From the NCBI RefSeq assembly GCF_000150275.1, contig NW_002061013.1, positions 1 through 35,242 on the forward strand: DNA of 35,242 nt. Direction: 5' to 3'. Below are positions 23,432 through 32,777 of the stretch, one piece after another. The position numbers and the translations under genes are program-made. How positions within the stretch are numbered: the first letter of the stretch is position 1; each line of letters begins with the position of its first letter. Under the pieces are notes generated by a model. That model worked only from the letters and a program-made list of their open reading frames with translations. It made no database searches and was not told where the DNA came from. Source of the DNA: Trichoplax adhaerens. Its lineage: Eukaryota > Animalia > Placozoa.

Positions 23432-26400
23432 ATGTGATTTGAATGATACCATTTCAATAAAATTGAGGATCTTCAGTTTAGCCTTACAAGTCTACCTGAC
23501 TACTCAACTGATCTAGTAAGCAGTCCAGTTCAAGCTACTGTCGATAATCGTAATTTATTGTTGTTGTTGATCTATTTACGGGTAATTTAATTTAAGTTGG
23601 TGATTTCTATAAAGATTGAACACCTAATTCTTGGTAAGTTGGCATATTGACTGCAGACAAACTGATATAGATGCTAAGTAATGGAGTCTTTTAAGCCATT
23701 TCATAACAAGTTATCGAGTACAAAATAGAAATTGACGATGAACGCTTCTTAAGAATGTATACTTACGGTATATCGATTGGAGGTGGCGAATTTTGATTTG
23801 AGATGGATTTGTTCTTTGGTTTTGAAGATATTTCCGGTTGTTGCTCTACCAGTGGTTCAATGTTAAATATTAGTAATGTAACATTTAAAATTCCGTAAAA
23901 GGTCTATAATTTTAGTATCAAGTTTATCTGATTTGCTTCAGTGTTACTTATGATAGAATCTGTAGTAGAATTTTAGCTGGCAGTTTGATAGCAAACTAGT
24001 GTACTATGTTCTAATCATCTTTTAACATACGATACATAATTTAAATACTTTACAACAAACTATAGGAATTTCAAATATTTCGCCAATACGGTCATCTTTA
24101 CAAATGTTTTTGTAAAAGACTTGTACAGCAGAAGTAATATAGTACATTACTAAACGATATAAACCTGCTATATCGCAATAGCTTGGAAAATATTTACTGC
24201 TTGAAAAACAAAGATCGATGCATGTTCTAATAATTTTTTATTATTGCTACAAATCGATATTCGTCAAAGAAGAAATAAAATGCTTTTAGCAACTTAATAT
24301 TAAAGCCTAGTAATAGATCTGTCCTCCCAACATCCCATAGAGTACAATTCTAAATATTAACAACCTAGCCATCGTCAGGAGGTTGTCATAAACTGCATGT
24401 CTCTTCTAGATAAACTGAGCCTCCTGATAAATTCATAACAGCTATAAGTTTATTATTACGTTACAATTATATTAAGTGTTGGAATTTCTATGATTAAAAA
24501 GGCTCATGGTCATTTAAATATCACTACAGCATAGTAGAACATTAGTACGGTACATAGATTATAATGTTATACAAAATTATTGATATGCCAAATAGGTTCA
24601 TATCTTAAAAAGTTGTGTTGTTACTACTTGAGTATGTACTGTAATAAGGGTACTTAAAGCTTTTTGAAGGCAACGCTTGATAATAAATAATTTAAGGTCT
24701 AAAGTGCAAATATTGCGATTTATGGCACAGGAAAGTGTTTGAAACATATTACAATTAACCTTTGATTATAATTGCCTAGCCAGTCGATAAGCGAAATGAT
24801 AGCAAAAATAAAAAAATAAAACTAGCAAACTTTAGTTCCAACTATATCTCAATATTAAAGTAGAGGTGCGACCGAGCATGAATGAGAACGATGACCAGTA
24901 ATATTTAATTCATTAAAAGTTTTTTCCCTGCATGTTTGTAATCCGATTTCATGTATGCTATCATTGCGTTCAATAGTCTGGACAGTGTCTGATTTTAAAT
25001 TTAGATAGAGAAGACCAAAAGAGAATATTTTGGAGCACCCGTTATTTATAAAAGTCAAGAAAGCTATTTACCTTTATTTTCTGCAGTTTTATTAGCCTCT
25101 TTTACTAATCGCTTACCAAGTCCCCGAACAGTACTAATTTTGTTCTCTTTTAGCAAGTGACAAAACTGATAAAAGTTATCATCGCTCCTTGATTCCAGTA
25201 CTTTTAGGAATTCAAAGGCTCATTCTTTGTCAGTTTTACGGTCATCTCTCAGTTTTTTGACTTCTTCATTAGATAAAATTTGTAGAAAACGTAGAGCATA
25301 TAGTATATCTACCAAATGGACACTTGTGCTTATTTCTGAACTGTTTTGGACAATGATTCATTTAATAGCTCGGCTCACAACCATTTTATACGTAGCTGTT
25401 ACTCATATATGAAAATATGCAAGATCCAATTTAAGATAAATTGGGAGCAATACATACGGTATACACGTATACCGGATACGAATTAAAATTAGCTATGAAA
25501 AACGAAATACTTTAAAAGGATAAGTTTAGTTTCAGTCAGCTATTTCGCCTACATTCCTTTACAGCATTATGCTGATTCTTTTAGACTAAGTTAATTGCTA
25601 TCTCATCGCTTACGGTATAAATTATCTTGCGAATTACTAGAGTTATGATAGTATTGTAGTACAAGATAAATGCTATTTATGTATTCAACAATTCAATTGA
25701 TTTCATCATATGAATGACGTTGATACTTGCTATATTATTAGGAAATATAAGTGAAATTTTTGGTAGATTAATTGATAAGATTTTTTGTAGCACAATGGAG
25801 AAACAATGTAAATGATCTTTTTATATTTACTTCAAGGACGATTTTGTAGTTAAATAATCAATTAGTATTGTAATATTTCAGTTCTATTTCAGTTTTACTG
25901 GTAACCATTGGATGTTAATAACATAAATTCTGTACTAGCGAAGACTGAAGTCAGTAATCAAAAGAATCGCCATTTTGTACTTTATGAACTAATAATACAT
26001 ACTAGAGAAACGTGATGTATAATTATAATGGATGCTAGCAATTCTTACAGGTGCATCATAATATTAAATTTGACTGAAATAAGGATGAATAATACATAAA
26101 CATAACGACTGGTAACGGGCTAGTTAAGGATAAGGATTCATTGCATCGATAATAAACGCTGATTTGCTCTTAAACTATGTGCGAGTATATTAAAGAAGTA
26201 CTAAATATTCGCCTGTAACCTACTTGGCATGTCTTACTGATAAAAGATGAGAAATATCTTAATCAAAGCAGTAATCTGTGATAAGTAATAAGTAAAAAGT
26301 ATATGATTGCTTTATTTTCCTCAGAATCAGTTTTATAGTATCTGTAATATAATACTATTTGTTAAACATGATTATTATATAGATTAGCCTGAGCCGATAC

Positions 26401-27692
26401 ATCTGCAATATGATGTACTTTATTTTCGTCAAAATCAGTTATTACTTGCATCGCACGCCAGTTAATACTTAGTTGCATCAAGCCTTAGTATCCTAACTTT
26501 GCAGAAATTTAGAGTTTCTACGTAAATTAGTAATACCTTTGTTTAACTTTTTATAAGATATCAACTGTAGTAAGGTAATTAAATAGTAGTAAAATCATAA
26601 ATTACTGCAATTATTATTTATGTATCCGTTAGTGAAACAAATTATATGCTTAAATACAAGAATCCGCTAACTTTAAATCGATAGTAAGTATACTCATATG
26701 CTTTCTCTAGCCGAAACACTAGTAACGAGCCGACTTTTCAGGTCAAATAATCTACCATAAATAAGAGCGATTTGTGAGCCATTTAAAATCCGCAATCACT
26801 ATAATTGTTTCATGCCTGACCCACAATACCGAAAACTAAATGGATTATGATAGTTTGGTTTCGAGATAGTCATTACAAGAGTATACTGTGCGTTACATTA
26901 TTGCAGTAGTAAAATATACTAAAATATGTACTTAGAACTGAAAATGATCGCAGTCATCTCTCAAGTTTAACCATTTTTTCCTACAAGTAAATCTCGTAAT
27001 AGACTATAAAACTGTCAGCGATTTGAGAAAAAAGTGATTTACGAAGATCTACAGTATAATCTTGTTGACTAAATAACCAATTTTTATCATATACGTACAT
27101 GGATCGTATCATATCCTAAACGATCCATCCAACCTAATTTGAGTGATTTCTCATTGGTGAAATGATACGCTACAATATATTTTTATTGACTTTTAAACAT
27201 AATTAACTCCTACATTGTAATTAATCATATAAGGATTTATTTCTTCTGTTATCCCATTTATTTTGTAAAAGAGGTAATGTAAGTGAATGGGAATAGCTTT
27301 CAGCTTCATAAAGAGACACTGATCATATTTAATACAAAAAAAATGATTAACTACATAAACCCCAGAATGATTCTTTATAAACCGAAAATATTCAATTCTC
27401 TGTAAGTTATTTAAGACTAAAGAGATAAAAGATCAGGAAGAAAAAGATTATTATCGTTTTGTTTTAAGACGATGAGCTTGCAATCTAATTTATTACGCTA
27501 AGAAATTAGCTCCAATTTTTGATGTTATCACGCTTCCTTCAAGTACACTTTTGGCATATAAATAAGTACAGTAGAACACTGTTCCGTCTAGGATAAATAA
27601 TTTGCGACGATTTTTGATACGTAGTAAAGAAATCGTTATGTTTAAGATGATAAGTTTACAATCTAATCTGTCATAAATAAGATCGATTTGTG
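23432..27692 (+). repeat. Segmental duplication copy 2, lacking the TE insertions of copy 1
   Basis: Colinear with 7529-13534 apart from indels and the TE insertions. Confidence 0.92.
25072..25384 (-). pseudogene. Pseudogenised CARD exon (paralog of 9305-9617)
   Basis: Colinear with copy A but has GGA>TGA (25358-25360) and CGA>TGA (25220-25222). The upstream acceptor AG is mutated to AT near 25405, and the acceptor of the downstream linker exon (near 23863) is mutated AG>AA. Confidence 0.9.
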
Positions 27693-28733
27693 AAATTACT
27701 GTAGGTATACAGTATAAGCCTACCCAAGGAAATAAGTTACCGTTAAGAACATGAAATTCAGACGTTGCCGTAGCCTATTTTAAAATTCCAAGCTCTAACC
27801 TAATTATTATTTGCATACATATTACAATGAGGGGCGTAATATTGCACTCTTGACTAATCAAAGTTTGTATAAAGGTATTAATCCGACAACATAAGCAGGC
27901 AATCAGTACTGATTTAACGCAGTAATTATTTACTCATTTTTAAATATGTGAAGCACTTTCTAGTTATGGCTACAAAAGGGATAATTATTGTAGATGTTTT
28001 AGCCAACCTGACTTTGATCAATACACATTTGCCATAAAGTTAATTTAGAATAAAAATATGGAAAAACTAATAGCCGAGATCGTAACTCTTAACGTGACGC
28101 TTTGTGATATCTGATAACTTCACACTCTCAATAAATCTACAATTCATAAAGTGATTTCGATGGAAAGATATCAATGCATCCAAAACACTAAAATGTATCT
28201 GTCATGCAAGTTAAATGACCATAGCTAATTCCTTTCGTAAGCGTATACAGCTAAAAATACTTTGTCGTTTCATTGTAAAATCGTGCTCAGTAACTGGATT
28301 AGCACTGAACAGGTTACTAAATAATTAATCGGCTTAAGCACGGGTATAATTTCTTAAGCAGCTTATAAAACTATCCTTATTGATAAAATACTTAACATAT
28401 TGACCACAAACATTCAAATATCAAAATCTAGATAATTCATCTTGCGGCTGCAACAATGTACGTGAATTAAACCTTAGATGTCCTAGACTATTCTCGGACT
28501 ACTTTTATCTGTTGCACATACCTGGATTGTTTGTCCCTTTACTACAACTTTTTGAAGTAAACGCTTTACGCTGTGTATAATAATTATAAATAGATTAGAA
28601 ATTGAATAAAGTTACTTTCGATGATGATTTTTTGAAATTTTACATGCAATCTCGGATCAATGACTCACGATCGCTATAACATTAAGTCAAGAAATTTTAT
28701 AATTCTTTTAATGATTAGACATGCTTTGTTAAT

Positions 28734-30232
28734 TTAGGTGCCTACATGTAACTCTTCTATATATCCATCTATATATCCAGAAATTATAACATTGCTCTCG
28801 TTGCCTGAAGTCTCTCTATTCATTTCAAATTTACAAATTTCAACGCGACCTTTATCTTTGGAGGTATTTGGGAGTTTAGGATATATAATTCTATTTCCAT
28901 AGTTATAATAGTTATCGTTCCTATCGCTATCGTTCCAATTAATTGTAATCTCCAAGCCACCTATTTTCTGATATTTTGCATCATCACTTGAAGATAAGTA
29001 TCGAAGAATATATTTGCCATTTTTTAATAAAGGTTTTGCATTTCCATCAATTGTAAGATCTAGTTCGACCATTTTTTCTGAAAGTTCATACTCAGCTTTA
29101 CTGTTGCATGATTTTATTACCAAGTTTATATGTAATTTATCCGGTTGTACAGGCAACGCATAGGCGAGCATTTCAACACGCTTCTGAATTATTGTAGGCC
29201 GCTGGGTCTTGATATCGCCAGCCTTAGTATTTTTCTCAAAGTTAGATTGTGTTGAAGAGCTGGCTTCTGATCTTCGTACAAAGCCAGGATCTGCTTTATT
29301 ATTTTTTTCACTTTCTTTGTTGTTACTGGCATCGATTAATGACGTTTCTACATAGGAGTTATTATCAAGTTGAAGTAGATTCTCTTCCTCCTTAATTTTT
29401 TTCTTAGTTCCGGTAGAGCCTGAAGACTCGATATTTTTTTGACTTTGCAACTGTTCCGGTCTTGTTGTATGGTGCATCTCAGATTTTCGCTCAGTCTTAG
29501 TATATCGGCGATTGTCTTTACAGATAGCGTTATTATTAAGATTTAGGCTCTCATTTTGCAAACAAAATTTAAGACATCCATTTTCATCAAATTTTGTACC
29601 GTGATCTTGTTCGTAACATTGATTTGATGCCATCGATCGATCAGATTGTTCAGGAGCAATGCTATCGGCATTGGCATCTTCATACTCGCTGCTCTCATTA
29701 TCATCCTCCATAGTATCCGACTGATCATCTTCACACTTGCTGCTATTATTATTAGACTTCGTAGTCACATTTTTACAGATAACGCTATTTAATGAAAAAT
29801 GATTTAGGGTGTATCTAATGCATTTGTATTCGTCTTCAACGTTAATAAAAAAAGTACAATCTTCCTTTTTCCAAGACGAGTTAATATTATTTCTGTGTAA
29901 TAAAGATTTCTCACAATGTTCAAAGTCTATCCCTTGATTCTCAAGAGCTGATACCGCTTCTTGCAATATGGGTAGTATTAAGATCGGCTTTGCAGGGCCT
30001 TCAAATGTTAATCCATCAGGCTCAAGATTAACGATTGGTGTTAACATTATGAATTTCCTTGTTCCATCTGCATATGGTGGATCGTGGTAATGTACTGAAA
30101 CTTTGATTTTTTCATCTTCTGTTAAACTATCAGATGGAATTACAAGTTTGATACCAGGCACACTATCGATAATTATAATATTTTCCTGGTTTTTCAGGCA
30201 TATTTTACTTGCTTCTGGGTAATCGATGAGAA
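28734..30232 (-). CDS. Terminal exon: ZU5 domain with HFS motif (29793-29801), low-complexity S/N/E/D/K spacer, C-terminal beta-rich UPA-like domain
   Basis: Within the 512-aa ORF. GIKLVIPSDSL and LTPIVNLEPDGLTFEGPAKPILILP match the ZU5 consensus; YTLNHFSL matches the HFS motif at the end of autocleaving ZU5 domains. Polypyrimidine acceptor tttgtttctttag|TT at 30232. The UPA call rests only on position and beta-strand-like pattern. Confidence 0.82.
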
Positions 30233-32374
30233 CTAAAGAAACAAAGGTTATGATTGAAGTCTTTCTTGACATCCATCTTAATTTTAAAGAAGACTAATAC
30301 TAATATTATGTTAGTCATTCGACTCCTTAACGTCGATATCAATCAATATTACTTTTACGTACGTATAGTGGTTATAATACAATGACATCTACCATTTTCT
30401 AACCTGGTTCCTTATTAGAAGCAGCCCTCTGGATTTCTTTAATTAAATTTTTACCCATCTCTCGAGCCTTTGTCAATGATGACGTCTTAAGAAATCGGCA
30501 AAATCGATTTAAATCTAAGTTGATAACTGACTTTAGCAATAAAATAGCAATATCCATTCTTTCTTGAGGGTCAGAACAGTCTGACAAAATATCCTTTTCT
30601 GCAGTGGTTAGAAACTCGCTATCTTGCAAAAAGCTTGTAACTTGACTTTCTACAGAGGTAGCGTCAGCTTTGCGTAAAACTTTGTCAACGATATCCATGA
30701 GACATCCATTTCTTAGACCTCCTTTATGAAAATCTACAGGCATAATATGAAATACTGCGGTTAATAAAAACGATTGTGACCAGGCATGATTGAATTAGAG
30801 TTGTTGTACAACCGTCATTCCTTACCTTGTAAATTATATACATATACATTACCAGTGTTATAAATAAGAAATGAGTAATATATATAAATGTTAATTTATC
30901 TATTCAAATTTTATTTTACTTATAAAAACATATTATTTTTGACGTATTCATTTTCCTCTTAAAACTATTTTACTAGAAGTAAACATAAGAAATTGAAACT
31001 CTACTGAGCATCATTTTCAATTTTAATAATCTTTGCCAACTAATACAGAGTATCGAATATTACTAGAATTTTGCAATATTGAATTATCATGAGCTGTCAA
31101 TGTTTTAAATTTATTTTCGGTAAATTTGTTACAATTCATAATCGGTCCATAATTTTAGTATGTAAGCGACTAAGGAATAATTTGAAGAGCCTATTCCAAA
31201 AAAGGCAATGACTTATGTTTAAGAAAGAAAATTATTTCAAACTCCACAATGATCTAAAAGTGACGGGTACTTTGCATCTAAATTGTGTAACCTAATAGAT
31301 AAAATAATCCTAAATGGATCAATTGCACCAAGTAGAATTCAAAGCAATCATTAAAAAATAGGAAGACCTACGATATTTTATTAAATTGATTAATGTTTGC
31401 AAATTAAATTACATTATAGAATGTAGATTGTAGATAGATGAAAATAGTTGAAAGAATAACGAATGTTGATAAAACAGGGATTGATCGATGTGATAATAAC
31501 AAATTGATCCTTTAATTTATTTGTCGAGGGATATAAATTAAATTATTAAACTGCAGTGTTGTTAAAAAAAAGTAAAATAGAATGTAGAGCAATCAGACTA
31601 CTTACATCACTTTGCGATGAAAAATACGAGGACAGATGTCAATGATGTTATGAAGAAATAGCATAAAATAACATAAACTAGTAGTTGCCTTATCTTGCTC
31701 GTTCATAATCTCACAATAAAACATCATGAGAAAAAGTTGCAATATTATTAAGGACAACAAATCAGGTACCGTACCTATTTTTTCTACAATATCTTTTCTT
31801 TTTATGGCTCTTAATGCTCCTATTAATCGCTTTTTTGTTGCAACTTCACCGTTAACATTTGACCATCTCTCTAAAAATTCACTGGCCCGATCATAATTGC
31901 TCTTATATATATCTTGAATGTGGCTGACATCAATTGCTCCTGATTCATTTAATTTTGATGCTAAGTCAATCCAGTCCTTTTCCAGATTCGTTGCCACATC
32001 CAAAAAGTATTGAGAAATATCTAGATATTGCAAATTCCAGTATCATCATATCGATAAAATGTCAATGATTTGCATCTACACTGTTCCTCAAGTACGTTCT
32101 TTACGAGTAGCTATTATAAACCTCCTTTATTCCACTGGTTTTCCCTTTTTAATGTGCTATCCGGTCTATATTGAGTAACATCTAAATTGAATAAGTTTCA
32201 TAGTTTCATTTTAGCAAAAAATCAACGACTAGCATTTTCGCAGTTCTATAATACCCTGCTTTTGAGACTTGAGAGCAATTACTGAATACCTTTTCTTAGT
32301 TGGTTAGTTCGTTTTGATTCACTGCTGTATACATACTGAGTAGTATCTGGAGATGATAATTTCATTATCGTCAT
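28734..32374 (-). CDS. Spliced gene for a DD-CARD-ZU5-(disordered spacer)-UPA-like protein, ~746 aa. Exons 32290-32374 (or acceptor at 32346), 32122-32181, 31775-32020 (DD), 30404-30754 (CARD), 28734-30232 (ZU5 to C-terminus)
   Basis: All junctions have GT/AG on the minus strand and all are phase 1, giving one open frame of 2241 nt from ATG 32374 to the stop at 28734. The start codon and the joining of the DD exon to the CARD exon across the ~1 kb intron are inferred. Confidence 0.7.
30404..30754 (-). CDS. CARD-like exon (117 codons, phase 1-1)
   Basis: Helical death-fold-sized exon that aligns with the CARD at 9305-9617 (DCSDPQER vs DCKTDKER; FCRFLKTSSLTKAREMGKNL vs FCHLLQESDISSVRELGERL). 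Acceptor ccgcag|TA, donor CCAG|gttag. Confidence 0.75.
30762..30868 (-). repeat. Copy of a propeller-gene exon end plus its phase-1 intron (34375-34489), directly upstream of the CARD exon
   Basis: ttaataaaaacgattgtgacca...gcatgattgaattagagttgttgtacaacc...cttaccttgtaaattatat is present at both sites. Confidence 0.85.
31775..32020 (-). CDS. Death-domain exon (82 codons, phase 1-1)
   Basis: DISQYFLDVATNLEKDWIDLASKL...RASEFLERWSNVNGEVATKKRLIGALRAIKRKDIVEKI matches the DD pattern (W..LA..L; L..W....G..AT...L..AL..I.R.D). Acceptor tctag|AT at 32020, donor ATAG|gtacgg at 31775. Confidence 0.9.
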
Positions 32375-32777
32375 ATTTGCATAAAATCAACCACTATCAT
32401 CAACAAATAATTAATGAATAGGTTTTTGCTAGAATTTTTAAAGCAAAACCTTCATATCTCCAACTTACGCTGTTTTATTCAATGTCGACTGTATTGCAAG
32501 TAAATACGAAATAATAATCAAATTATGCAATTCATTTGCTCAGTTTGTCGACTCACTGAGTGAAATCTTGTCTAAAGTAGCCAAACGATTACTAATAATG
32601 AAACAGTGATCTTACTAATAACGAAACAGTGACCATTTGAGCTGGATCTCAATCTACCTTATTTAGTCTATACGATATATTAGTAAAGAAGTAATTACCC
32701 TTTGCATTTCTGATTTGAGCTAATAAAGTAACAATATGCAATTTTTTCAAATCGTAAATGATTTATAAGATAATTAC

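Noticed and set aside
25220-25360. In-frame TGA codons as selenocysteine or readthrough
   Set aside because: They are single-base changes from GGA and CGA in the intact paralog and coincide with lost splice acceptors; ordinary pseudogenisation.
29543-29734. Alternative-frame ORFs 29543-29734 and 34369-34566
   Set aside because: Out-of-frame overlaps of better-supported exons.
32557-32654. Candidate exon containing a 23-bp tandem duplication (32589/32612)
   Set aside because: The duplication is real, but no acceptor gives an open phase-1 continuation from the propeller gene, so exon status is unsupported.
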